Positions 1-8,838 of a DNA stretch of 32,000 nucleotides are shown here, piece after piece. The stretch spans positions 2,340,001-2,372,000 of the forward strand of contig NZ_CP065936.1 in NCBI RefSeq assembly GCF_003367075.2, given 5' to 3'. The notes beneath the pieces are model-generated. The model searched no databases. It was not told where the DNA came from and worked only from the letters and a program-made list of their open reading frames with translations. Each line of letters starts with the position of its first letter. Within the stretch, counting starts at the first letter, position 1. This DNA comes from Cylindrospermopsis raciborskii Cr2010 (GTDB lineage: Bacteria; Cyanobacteriota; Cyanobacteriia; Cyanobacteriales; Nostocaceae). Made by a program: the position numbers and the translations under genes.

Positions 1-52
1 AACTATTTTAACGGATGGCTAACCTTTACAATCCTCGCTCACAATTTTATCT

Positions 53-2314
53 TTAGGATTTCACTATGGTCATATTGCGGATGCGCCAAGAGTTTTGCTG
101 GCGGTTCAAATCATATCTAACTCGCAATGCTTCTCGACCAGATGTCTGGCGATTTCCCCCTCGGTAAAAATCGGTGATTTCTTTAACCGTAGCTTCCACT
201 AACGCATTGTTCGAGGTATTTCCCTCCTGACGAACAAGTTCTATTTTCACTTCATGTTTATACTTACGATGGCGCTTTGTAGCCATATCCTGTTTAACTA
301 TAGATTGCCATTGGGATAGGGCTGGATCTATTAAAATCTTGTCTAATCTTTTGATCTCATGATTGGGACCCATCGCTGCTGCTTTCGTCGATAACCAGGT
401 TTCAATTAGTGTTTGAGCGATCGCCTTTGTGAGTTGTCCGGATGGTGGTGCTGGTTGAGGCGAGAGTGTAGGTATAACAACGGTTGGTTGATTCAACTGT
501 ACCACAAGTTTTCCTCCCTGTAAATTTGGCTGGTCTACCATTGTACTGTTTAACCTCCCCCAAATCGCAGGTATTAAAACCCACAGCCCTAATATGCCCC
601 CTATTAGAAAAAATATATTTAATCGGGTTAAATCAGGAAATTTACGAGTGAAATTTTGTCTATACTTATTATGTGAACGATTATGTGAAGGTTTCTCTTC
701 TACCTGTTCTTCTTGAATACCAGTTGAACCTCGTCTACGATGTTTATATTTACTAGATTGGTTTGTTCCCTCCTGTGCAAGGAAACCATGAGAGTTGTGA
801 CTATATCCTGAGATCTTCCACTGTTTTCCCCTCTCCTGTGGATGCGCAGTGGAAATTTGAGAAGCTACCTCCATCTTAGGTTCCTTCCATTCCTCTAGGT
901 CTTGGGAGGAACTCACAATAGGTAGGTGTTCATCTTCTCTAAAGCTAGTATGGGGAATGCCAATCCCTGATAGTGAACCAACCTGACTGTTGACTGTCCT
1001 TACTTCCTCGGTTGTATATGGATCTGCTGGTAATTGCTCTAAGTATGCTTGTACCTGTTTGTCAGCAAAATAATCTTTTAAGGAAGCTTGCTGTTTACCT
1101 AAGTCTCGAAAATGGGGAAATACCTCTTGATCTAACCACTGCTCGCAGTACAAACACAGTCCCGGTAACAAATCTGGTGAATCCTGAGACTGCTGTCTAA
1201 TTATGGTCAATTGTTCATATTCCCGACTTAGTTCTAAAACACGGGTTGCTTCTTCCGTTTGTCCCAGTAGTAAAGCACACAAAGCTTGTTCTAGATGTAC
1301 ATCTTGACGTTTAGCTAAAGGAAGCAAAATTTGCTTGGCTTGACGAATCAAAGCTGGTTGCCTTTGGCAAAATCCTTTAGCGATTAGTGCGTAAACAAAT
1401 AAGTAGGTTGCTACGGTAGAAGGTCTTTTACTTTCAGATTCAAAAAGTTTATGTTGTTCCGATACCGTTAAGTGGTGTCGTAGCTGTTGAATAAACCGGA
1501 GAAAATCGTCCACATTCAAACCTGTTTGATCATTCCCCACGCCATCAATGCCACCTCTTTGGTCGAGAATATTTTGTAGCAATTCCCAACCTTGATGACG
1601 ATCCTTAGTCCGCTCCATCGGTAGAGCCAATAGATCCAAAATTCTATAAGGTCTGAGCCTGCATACGTCCGCTGCAATTTCCCCTTGCACACTAGTAAAC
1701 ATTCCCTCCCGCAGGAGCAGTTCCTCTCCTGTTTCTAGGGATATGGCAGCGTTCTCATAATTGCTTTGTTGCCATTGTTCCCTTCCTAATTCCAGACAAG
1801 ACAAAGCAACCGTTAGAATAACGTCTGGCAATTCATCAGCATTGGTTAACGTACGCCTTTGAGAGTGACGATCAGACTTACCTGGGACCCTATTCGTCAA
1901 GTATGGCTGACCTAATCTTAGTACCAACTCATATTCACCCAACTCTTGAAGTAGTACTAAGGCACCAACTAAGTTTTCTTTGGCAACGTCTATAGTTAGG
2001 GGTTGAGGATTATGATTTTGGTTACCTGTTTCCCCATTGTCCTCGGATGCTATCTCTATTTTTGTCTGATCGTATGCGTATGCTAGATATGCTTGATCGT
2101 ATTTACTACGCTCTCTCGGATCTGAGAGAACCATGTAGGCTTGTTCCAGGATTCGCTTGCGAGCAGCTATTGCCAAGGTAGAATATTCCCGTTGTGGCAG
2201 TTGTAAAATGCGATCATTATAGGCCTGACGGAGTTGCTCCTCGGTTGCAGCCAATGGGAGTCCTAAGATTCGGTAATAATCGAGCGCGATTTGCACAGCT
2301 TGCTTCCCCTGCAC
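53..2314 (-). CDS. zipN: Cell division protein ZipN/Ftn2 (ARC6 homologue, DnaJ-like N-terminus)
   Basis: 753-aa ORF. It has an N-terminal J-domain-like segment (DYYRILGLPLAATEEQLRQAYNDR...VLSDPRERSKYD), one central TM segment (IFFLIGGILGLWVLIPAIWG) and an ARC6-type C-terminal domain (LIETWLSTKAAAMGPNHEIKRLDKIL). This is the architecture of cyanobacterial Ftn2/ZipN. Confidence 0.85.
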   Translation of the reverse strand: MQGKQAVQIALDYYRILGLPLAATEEQLRQAYNDRILQLPQREYSTLAIAARKRILEQAYMVLSDPRERSKYDQAYLAYAYDQTKIEIASEDNGETGNQNHNPQPLTIDVAKENLVGALVLLQELGEYELVLRLGQPYLTNRVPGKSDRHSQRRTLTNADELPDVILTVALSCLELGREQWQQSNYENAAISLETGEELLLREGMFTSVQGEIAADVCRLRPYRILDLLALPMERTKDRHQGWELLQNILDQRGGIDGVGNDQTGLNVDDFLRFIQQLRHHLTVSEQHKLFESESKRPSTVATYLFVYALIAKGFCQRQPALIRQAKQILLPLAKRQDVHLEQALCALLLGQTEEATRVLELSREYEQLTIIRQQSQDSPDLLPGLCLYCEQWLDQEVFPHFRDLGKQQASLKDYFADKQVQAYLEQLPADPYTTEEVRTVNSQVGSLSGIGIPHTSFREDEHLPIVSSSQDLEEWKEPKMEVASQISTAHPQERGKQWKISGYSHNSHGFLAQEGTNQSSKYKHRRRGSTGIQEEQVEEKPSHNRSHNKYRQNFTRKFPDLTRLNIFFLIGGILGLWVLIPAIWGRLNSTMVDQPNLQGGKLVVQLNQPTVVIPTLSPQPAPPSGQLTKAIAQTLIETWLSTKAAAMGPNHEIKRLDKILIDPALSQWQSIVKQDMATKRHRKYKHEVKIELVRQEGNTSNNALVEATVKEITDFYRGGNRQTSGREALRVRYDLNRQQNSWRIRNMTIVKS

Positions 2315-2567
2315 CGTGTTTAATCCCCATTCTAGAGATATTTAACCTGGACTATTTCCACACAATATTGTACCAAAAAGCCGTCTCTAACATAGAGGAC
2401 TACTTAATTTTACGACAACTATTTCTAGTAAGCAAGGCCAGTTTAACCGCCCAGCACCTAAATTTTATTCTTCGGGTGAGAAACTGCTCTCAATCCAAGA
2501 ATGCTCCGCAACATTTCTTTACCTTATATATCTTGACCCCCAGTTTCAGATATTATATTATTTTTCT

Positions 2568-2608
2568 GTAATGTAGGTTACGGAATGTTGGGTTTGAGCG
2601 GTTAAAAT
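2568..2608 (+). promoter_or_regulatory. NtcA-type (class II) promoter: GTA-N8-TAC box plus -10 TAAAAT
   Basis: ctGTAatgtaggtTACgg lies at 2568-2581, followed by 21 nt and then TAAAAT at 2603-2608. The small ORF start codon at 2643 is about 35 nt further on. The spacing matches the canonical NtcA-activated promoter layout (GTA-N8-TAC, about 22 nt, TAN3T). Confidence 0.5.
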
Positions 2609-2642
2609 CTACTGTCCGAATTGAAGACAAGAGGTCACATAA

Positions 2643-2798
2643 ATGATTAATTCTAGATCACAAGCAGCTAAAAAGGCTGAACAAGTACACAGACAAAATA
2701 TACTCAAAAATCTTGAGCACCGACTGGAAGCAGCAAGAACAAAAGGTGACGAGAGTCTAATTCGCCAATTAGAAGCCGAGCAGGCTTCTTATCAGTAG
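2643..2798 (+). CDS. pirA: Small 51-aa helical protein, candidate PII-interacting regulator PirA
   Basis: This ORF is below the ORF-track cutoff. My translation is MINSRSQAAKKAEQVHRQNILKNLEHRLEAARTKGDESLIRQLEAEQASYQ*. It is charged and helical. The 51-aa length equals that reported for Synechocystis PirA (Ssr0692), and it has an NtcA-type promoter directly upstream. The identity call is from memory of the family, not from an alignment. Confidence 0.5.
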   Translation: MINSRSQAAKKAEQVHRQNILKNLEHRLEAARTKGDESLIRQLEAEQASYQ

Positions 2799-2894
2799 AC
2801 TTAAACTGTTCTAGTCTTTTTAAAAACAATAAAATCGCCGTTGGTACTTCCTGTCCTAGTTCAGGTTATGTCCTTCGGCAATTTTTTTAGGTCT

Positions 2895-3185
2895 TTACTC
2901 CCCATTGAGGATTTTGGGAACTTTGAAAAAGTCACCCTCCTGTTGGGGAGCACTTCTAAGTATGGCCTCTCTGTCCAGGTAGGGTTGTAGTTTGTCTTCC
3001 CTAGTCACATTGCTCAAGTCAATGGCCCTGGTGGTAGGAGGGACGTTGCTAACATCAAGTTCCCCCAGTTGTTCTACATACTCCAAAATTCTTCCCAGCT
3101 GGAATGTGAATTGTTCCTCCTCCTCTGCTGTTAATTCTAGCCGAGCTAGGTTGGCTACTTTACGGACCTGTTCGCGATCAATCAT
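2895..3185 (-). CDS. gatC: Asp-tRNA(Asn)/Glu-tRNA(Gln) amidotransferase subunit C
   Basis: 96 aa. The sequence [26 protein letters not shown]...[19 protein letters not shown] is typical of GatC in sequence and length. Confidence 0.9.
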   Translation of the reverse strand: MIDREQVRKVANLARLELTAEEEEQFTFQLGRILEYVEQLGELDVSNVPPTTRAIDLSNVTREDKLQPYLDREAILRSAPQQEGDFFKVPKILNGE

Positions 3186-3228
3186 GTTTTAGCAATAAAT
3201 AATTGGTTATTTAAAATTTGGTTATTGG

Positions 3229-3750
3229 TTAAAAGAATACATCAATTTGCGATCGCCCGGTAGTTTTCAACCAGTTTTGGGCTTCAATGTAGTTATTAGG
3301 GGCCAGACGAATTGCCCGGATCCAATAGTCTGCGGCCTGGTCAAATAGTGCTTCTCCACCATCGTTGTCACCTTCTTCCTTTGCTTTTTCGCCCTTGTAG
3401 TGATAGATCACAGCGATGTTATTTAAGGCCTGAGGTAACCGAGGATTCAAATCAATGGCTTTATGATAGAAATCCAGAGCTTGATCATGGTCTCCATTGC
3501 TGGCATATATCAGCCCCATGTTGTACAAGATAAAACTTTTATCATTTGTATCTTCTTCTAAAGATAGAGCCTCTTCGTAATATTCTAGTGCTTCGGCATA
3601 TTCCCCTTCAGCCTGTGCTGACATGCCATCTCGATAGTAAACAAAAGCCTCTTTAGCCTTTTTATTAGTTGGCAGAAGTTTCAGGATTAAATCTGCCATA
3701 ACGGTAAAAGACTTGTCAACAAAATTATCGTTTTTCTGTGTTCTTGGCAT
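3229..3750 (-). CDS. ycf3: Photosystem I assembly protein Ycf3 (TPR protein)
   Basis: 173 aa. The N-terminus [27 protein letters not shown] is followed by three TPR units ([32 protein letters not shown]). This closely matches the conserved Ycf3 pattern. Confidence 0.9.
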   Translation of the reverse strand: MPRTQKNDNFVDKSFTVMADLILKLLPTNKKAKEAFVYYRDGMSAQAEGEYAEALEYYEEALSLEEDTNDKSFILYNMGLIYASNGDHDQALDFYHKAIDLNPRLPQALNNIAVIYHYKGEKAKEEGDNDGGEALFDQAADYWIRAIRLAPNNYIEAQNWLKTTGRSQIDVFF

Positions 3751-3780
3751 ATTTACCCCTAAAGTAACATCATTGCAAAT

Positions 3781-5283
3781 TTAGCTATTCTGAGCTGCTC
3801 TTAAATGTAAGGCATCACGAGCTTGTTCTCTATCATCAAAATGGATTTTTTCCGTCCCGAGAATTTGATAATCTTCGTGACCTTTACCTGCTAATAATAC
3901 ACCATCACCTGGTTGAGCTTCCAGTATAGCAGTATGAATAGCTCTAGCGCGATCGCCAATTACCAGTCTTGACACATCCTCGGGCATACCCGTCAGGATA
4001 TCTTCTAATATTGCATCTGGGTTTTCAGTGCGTGGATTATCAGAGGTTACCACGACCACATCTGCCAAATCCGCTGCAATTCTACCCATTTTTGGACGTT
4101 TTGTTTTATCCCTATCCCCTCCACAGCCAAAGACGCAAATCATTCTTCCCGGTATAAATGGACGAGCCGCTTTAAGTAAATTCTCCAAACTATCAGGTGT
4201 ATGAGCATAATCCACAATAACGCTAATATCCTGGTGAGGATTGATTTGAATTCGTTCCATTCTGCCAGGGACACCTGGAAAATTAGGTATATAATCTACC
4301 ACAGTTTCCAAATCCAACCCCAGATGTAGAACCGCAGCTACAGCTGCCAAAAGATTTTCTAAGTTATACTGTCCCACCAGGGGGGAGCTAAAAGGGGAAT
4401 TACCCTCGGGAGTATGTAAAATACCGCTGACACCATGAGGTTGATAATTCAGATCACTCACCCAGAAATCGGCACTAGTATTATTAATGCTGTATGTCCA
4501 AAGCTGCTGTTTATCCAAACCAATAGTTAAACGTTGTCCATAGTGATCATCAATATTAATAACTGCTCTTCCTTGAAGATAGTCAGGAGTAAATAACAAA
4601 GCCTTAGCTCGAAAATAATCTTCCATATCCTGGTGATAATCAAGATGATCTTGAGTAAGATTGGTAAATACAGAAACCTCAAAGGGACAGCCAAAAACCC
4701 TATCTTGGACTAGGGAGTGGGAACTAACCTCCATAATCCCCAACTGACAACCAGCATCAACAGCTTGAGCCAGATTGTGCTGTAAGTCAATTGCAAAGGG
4801 AGTGGTATGGTTAGCAACTTGAGAAAACCCAGGCCATCGAGTATAAAGAGTACCGAGTAAAGCCGCTGGCAAATTAGCTTGATTGAGAAAATACTCAATT
4901 AAATGGGTAGTAGTAGTTTTGCCATTAGTCCCAGTTACGCCAACGATTTGCAGTTTTTCCGCTGGATAGCCATAAAAAGCTGCACAAACCTGGGCACAGA
5001 CCTTATTAAGACTGGTAGCAGTGATTACGAGAGCATCTGAGGTAGGGGGAGTTTTGGATGCTGCTTGTGGGGAGATAATGGCCGCAACCGCACCAGCAGC
5101 TAAAGCACTAGGCCAGAACTCGCCTCCATCAACCCTGGTTCCAGGTATGCCAATAAATAAATCCCCCTCACCACAAGCGTGGGAATTGGTTTTGACCCCC
5201 CGAACTTCCACATCTTTACCCTGGTATTCCACGCCATCAATAACAGCCAATAATTCTCTTAAATTCATTATCTCATACCTCAT
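3781..5283 (-). CDS. murE: UDP-N-acetylmuramoyl-L-alanyl-D-glutamate--2,6-diaminopimelate ligase
   Basis: 500 aa. It has the Mur ligase P-loop GVTGTNGKTTT, the DNPR-type motif (VVTSDNPRTENP) that indicates DAP-adding MurE, and the C-terminal AGKGHEDYQ. Confidence 0.9.
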   Translation of the reverse strand: MRYEIMNLRELLAVIDGVEYQGKDVEVRGVKTNSHACGEGDLFIGIPGTRVDGGEFWPSALAAGAVAAIISPQAASKTPPTSDALVITATSLNKVCAQVCAAFYGYPAEKLQIVGVTGTNGKTTTTHLIEYFLNQANLPAALLGTLYTRWPGFSQVANHTTPFAIDLQHNLAQAVDAGCQLGIMEVSSHSLVQDRVFGCPFEVSVFTNLTQDHLDYHQDMEDYFRAKALLFTPDYLQGRAVINIDDHYGQRLTIGLDKQQLWTYSINNTSADFWVSDLNYQPHGVSGILHTPEGNSPFSSPLVGQYNLENLLAAVAAVLHLGLDLETVVDYIPNFPGVPGRMERIQINPHQDISVIVDYAHTPDSLENLLKAARPFIPGRMICVFGCGGDRDKTKRPKMGRIAADLADVVVVTSDNPRTENPDAILEDILTGMPEDVSRLVIGDRARAIHTAILEAQPGDGVLLAGKGHEDYQILGTEKIHFDDREQARDALHLRAAQNS

Positions 5284-5390
5284 CGCGAAAAGATCTGGCA
5301 GATGTCTTGTGTCTATTTTGCACGATTTTAACCACAGTACCTAACGAATTGGCAACTGGCAATTCCATCTTCTGTGTTTTATTGGAATAT

Positions 5391-5717
5391 TCATCTCTCC
5401 TGATCTGCTAAGATCAACAACTTACTAGCCGTGGTTAATAGCAAGTTCTCTAATTGCTGAACACTTGCACGGGGAGAAGGACGGGGCACAGATTGCAAAT
5501 ACTCTGTTTCTCCACGCCATAGAAACAACACGGGAATTTCATACTGATAGGCGGCAAACCAATCTTCACGGGTGGTAATATCACGCACTTCTAAAGTAAA
5601 ACTGATATTAGCATCTTTATTACTACTTTTACTATTGTGATGGGTTATTTGTTCTAACTTTTCTATTAATCCCTCACAAAGATGACAACCAGGTTTACCA
5701 TACAGGATAATTTGCAT
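5391..5717 (-). CDS. Glutaredoxin-like protein (DUF836/Grx2 family)
   Basis: The thioredoxin-fold start is MQIILYGKPGCHLCEGL, with EIPVLF later in the sequence. The ORF track begins 4 codons earlier (5729); I chose the Met that precedes the beta1-CxxC unit. Confidence 0.7.
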   Translation of the reverse strand: MQIILYGKPGCHLCEGLIEKLEQITHHNSKSSNKDANISFTLEVRDITTREDWFAAYQYEIPVLFLWRGETEYLQSVPRPSPRASVQQLENLLLTTASKLLILADQER

Positions 5718-5822
5718 TATGTGAATCATATTAGTAAGATGTATTAATTTATAGCTTTAGCCAGCGCTCAGGAAAGGGTTTATCCCTTACCCGGTGCAGG
5801 TGGCTACAGCTATATTGTAAAA

Positions 5823-7007
5823 CTAGGAGAGGGAGCGAACAAACTTGTCTAGTCTTTCCACTCCTTTCTTAATTGTAGTCATATCTGTAGCATAAGAAAA
5901 CCGGATGTTGTTATCAGCTCCGAAAGCTATCCCTGGAATAACAGCAACTTGATGGGATTCTAATAAAGCATCGCAAAACTCCAGAGACCTTAAACCGGTT
6001 TTACTGATGTCGGGAAATAAATAAAAAGCCCCATCAGGTCGCGCACAAGTCAACCCAGGAATAGAGTTGATGCCGTCATACATAACCTGACGACGTTGAG
6101 CAAAAGCTTGACGCATTTCCTCTACACAGTCTTGTGAACCTTCCAGAGCAGCGATCGCACCATATTGAGCAAAAGTACAGACATTAGAAGTACTATGTCC
6201 TTGAATAGTAGTAGCAGCTTTAATAATTTCCAAGGGTCCTGCCAAATAACCTAAACGCCAACCAGTCATGGAATAACCCTTAGCAAAGCCATTACTAATT
6301 AAAGTCTTGGAAAAAATTTCCTCACCTAGGGAGCCAATACTAACATGTTGTGAGCCATCATAGAGAATCTTTTCGTAAATTTCATCAGAAACCACAAAAA
6401 TATCCGCCTCCACAATCACCTGAGCTAGATCTCGAATTTCTTCTAATGTGTACACCATCCCGGTGGGGTTAGAAGGGGAATTAAGGACAAATAACTTAGT
6501 TTTTGAGGTAATAGCTTGTTTGAGCTGTTGGGCACTAATTTTATAGCCATTATCAGCATAGGTTGGTACAATTACTGACCTACCACCTGCTAAAGTAACC
6601 ATTTCTGGATAACTCAACCAATAGGGTGCGGGGATAATTACCTCATCTCCTGGTTCAATTAATGCCATCATGAGATTATACAAGGAATGTTTACCCCCAT
6701 TAGTAACCAAGACGTTGTCTGGTTTATAGGCTAAACCATTATCGCTTTTTAGCTTGTTAGCAATAGCTTCTCGTAGCTTTGGCTCACCAGCGGCAGCACC
6801 ATATTTGGTTTTGCCTTCTTTTAAAGCCTTTATAGCTGCATCTCTAACATGGGCTGGAGTATCAAAATCCGGCTCTCCAGCACTGAAACTACAAACATCA
6901 ATACCCTCGGTCTTCATACCCTTAGCTTTAGCTGTAATAGCCAGGGTAATGGAGGGTGTTACCTGACCTACTCTTGCTGCCAGTTTCATTCTACTTTTCT
7001 GAGTCAA
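5823..7007 (-). CDS. Class I PLP-dependent aminotransferase (aspartate aminotransferase-like)
   Basis: 394 aa. Motifs present are [12 protein letters not shown] and the PLP-lysine region [17 protein letters not shown], both typical of AspC-type aminotransferases. Confidence 0.85.
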   Translation of the reverse strand: MTQKSRMKLAARVGQVTPSITLAITAKAKGMKTEGIDVCSFSAGEPDFDTPAHVRDAAIKALKEGKTKYGAAAGEPKLREAIANKLKSDNGLAYKPDNVLVTNGGKHSLYNLMMALIEPGDEVIIPAPYWLSYPEMVTLAGGRSVIVPTYADNGYKISAQQLKQAITSKTKLFVLNSPSNPTGMVYTLEEIRDLAQVIVEADIFVVSDEIYEKILYDGSQHVSIGSLGEEIFSKTLISNGFAKGYSMTGWRLGYLAGPLEIIKAATTIQGHSTSNVCTFAQYGAIAALEGSQDCVEEMRQAFAQRRQVMYDGINSIPGLTCARPDGAFYLFPDISKTGLRSLEFCDALLESHQVAVIPGIAFGADNNIRFSYATDMTTIKKGVERLDKFVRSLS

Positions 7008-7173
7008 TCTCTATCATATATAAGGATATCTCAGAAATTCGGTTGAAATTTGTATTTTCTTTCTGGTAGGTTGAGAGTACATAGCCTATGTACTTGACGA
7101 TTGTTTATGAATAGCTTCTTAAATTTAGATAAATAAATTTGAGCACGCACTTATATTTATATACAGTTGGTTT

Positions 7174-7193
7174 GTTGGGTTTCGTTCCTCAAC
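7174..7193. repeat. Fragment of the dispersed hairpin module (gttgggtttcgttcctcaac)
   Basis: A 20-nt exact match to 30355-30374 of element copy B. It is truncated before the 3' stem arm is complete. Confidence 0.7.
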
Positions 7194-7454
7194 TTGTAAC
7201 ATATTCAATTATGTGTTAATTGCATTTAACTTTTTTTAAAAATACTTTTTTTAAACTTTTTTTAAATAATTGATGACATAAGACCATATATTATTTATTG
7301 TTAAATATCAGGTTAAAAATGGACATATTGGCAAAAACTAGGTTAACATGGTGTGGTTATTGGGGGAAAAACGTGTTTTCCCCCAAATCGGCTCAATTAG
7401 AAGTTGAGTCATAATTGCCTACAGCCAAATTTATTTTCCTGACCTTTCGCAAAA

Positions 7455-8225
7455 ATGTTGTTGTTTTTAAAACTGATTGATTATCTATTAGCTGCTGTTT
7501 TTATTGGTGCAGCGCTAATCATTTATTTCGACTCTAATAATCAGCCCTACTTGCTAGCTGGAATTGGAGCTTCCGCAGTAGCCATTTTGCTGTTTCTTAT
7601 CAACAGAAACTCAGTAGGTGCAGCGGAAAAACAAGCCAAGAAAAACGAATTCACCAAAAAAGCTGAACTTTACACATCCCTGTTACAGAATAGCAATTCC
7701 TTGGAACATAACACTATTGTCCCTGCAAGGGCTAAAGCTCTCGAATATTGTCAAGATTTGATCAATGACTATAAAAAAACCAGGAATATAGCCAGATCTC
7801 TTTACTATGTCTTACAAATTTCCACGGTAATTCTTTCAGGTGTCACACCAATTTTAGTCCTGGTTGATAAGCTAGAAACCGGACAACCCTGGTTGAAGTG
7901 GCTACCTGTCATTTGTCCTGCAGTAGCATCTATTGTCGCTAGCATTGTTACATCTTTTCCCTTTCAAAAAAATTGGGTTACAGCCAATACAATTGTAGAG
8001 TTATTAGAAGCAGAACAAGAAAAATTCATTTTAGGAATCACACCCGCATATCGTTGTTATGATGTTGTTGGTGACCTAGAACAACAACAAAAAGCCAGTC
8101 AAGCTGTAGAACTATTCATTAGCCAAGTCAATAGCATTCACTTGCAACAAGTTCAACAATCAACTGAACAACAGTCCGATAAAAGGAAAGAAGAAACTAA
8201 GACTCAAGATCCTGCGTTAAATTAG
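7455..8225 (+). CDS. DUF4231/SLATT-like membrane protein with extra N-terminal TM pair and Q-rich tail
   Basis: 256 aa. Two N-terminal TM helices come first. The core is YCQDLINDYKKTRNIARSLYYVLQISTVILSGVTPILVLV ... LPVICPAVASIVASIVTSFPFQKNWVTANTIVELLEAEQEKF. That gives a helix plus 2 TM plus W..r...e.L..E layout as I recall for DUF4231 (SLATT clan). The assignment is by pattern memory only. Confidence 0.55.
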   Translation: MLLFLKLIDYLLAAVFIGAALIIYFDSNNQPYLLAGIGASAVAILLFLINRNSVGAAEKQAKKNEFTKKAELYTSLLQNSNSLEHNTIVPARAKALEYCQDLINDYKKTRNIARSLYYVLQISTVILSGVTPILVLVDKLETGQPWLKWLPVICPAVASIVASIVTSFPFQKNWVTANTIVELLEAEQEKFILGITPAYRCYDVVGDLEQQQKASQAVELFISQVNSIHLQQVQQSTEQQSDKRKEETKTQDPALN

Positions 8226-8238
8226 AGTTCGGGGGAAA

Positions 8239-8814
8239 TTAGTCAACTCCAAGCAACTGGGGAATTATCTGTCTCAGAGCATGACCCCGGTGACTAATGC
8301 TTTTTTTCAACTCCGGTGACATTTGAGCAAAGGTCAATTTTTTTTCCGGAACATAAAAAATCGGATCGTAACCAAACCCCCCCTCTCCCCTCACTTCATA
8401 CAGAATTTCTCCCTCACAACTACCCTCAGACTGGAAAATAATTTCCCCCTGAGGGTTAGCAACAGCTATGGCGCAGATAAATTCTGCTCGTCGGTTCTCT
8501 GTATTTCCTAATTCTCGCAATAACCGCCCAATCCTTTCCCCATCGGTGTTTCCATACCGAGCAGAATATACACCAGGCGCACCATTTAACCAATCTACCG
8601 ATAAACCAGAATCATCTGCGATCGCCCATTGAGATGTATATTTTGCAACCTCAACAGCTTTCAAGCAGGCGTTTTCAGCAAAGGTGGTTCCAGTTTCATC
8701 CACATCTAAATCAGGGGGTTTGGGAGTTAGTTCCCAACCAGAATCGGATAAATAAGCCTCCATTTCCCTTAATTTTCCCAGATTTCCCGTCCCTACCACA
8801 AGTGTTTTTTTCAT
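8239..8814 (-). CDS. rdgB: Non-canonical purine NTP pyrophosphatase (RdgB/HAM1 family)
   Basis: 191 aa. Motifs present are VVGTGNLGKLREM, GGFGYDPIFYVPE and ISHRGHAL, which are diagnostic of the family. Confidence 0.85.
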   Translation of the reverse strand: MKKTLVVGTGNLGKLREMEAYLSDSGWELTPKPPDLDVDETGTTFAENACLKAVEVAKYTSQWAIADDSGLSVDWLNGAPGVYSARYGNTDGERIGRLLRELGNTENRRAEFICAIAVANPQGEIIFQSEGSCEGEILYEVRGEGGFGYDPIFYVPEKKLTFAQMSPELKKSISHRGHALRQIIPQLLGVD

Positions 8815-8838
8815 TGTACTAGTAAATGTTGGTAAATG

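Noticed and set aside
2194-2571. 125-aa + strand ORF
   Set aside because: Its 5' part is antisense to the zipN N-terminus. The remainder runs through the AT-rich zipN/pirA promoter region, and the peptide has no recognisable features.
7076-7094. Palindrome containing GTAC...GTAC considered as an NtcA site
   Set aside because: The GTA and TAC half-sites are 11 nt apart, not the 8 nt that NtcA requires. It is kept only as a generic operator candidate.
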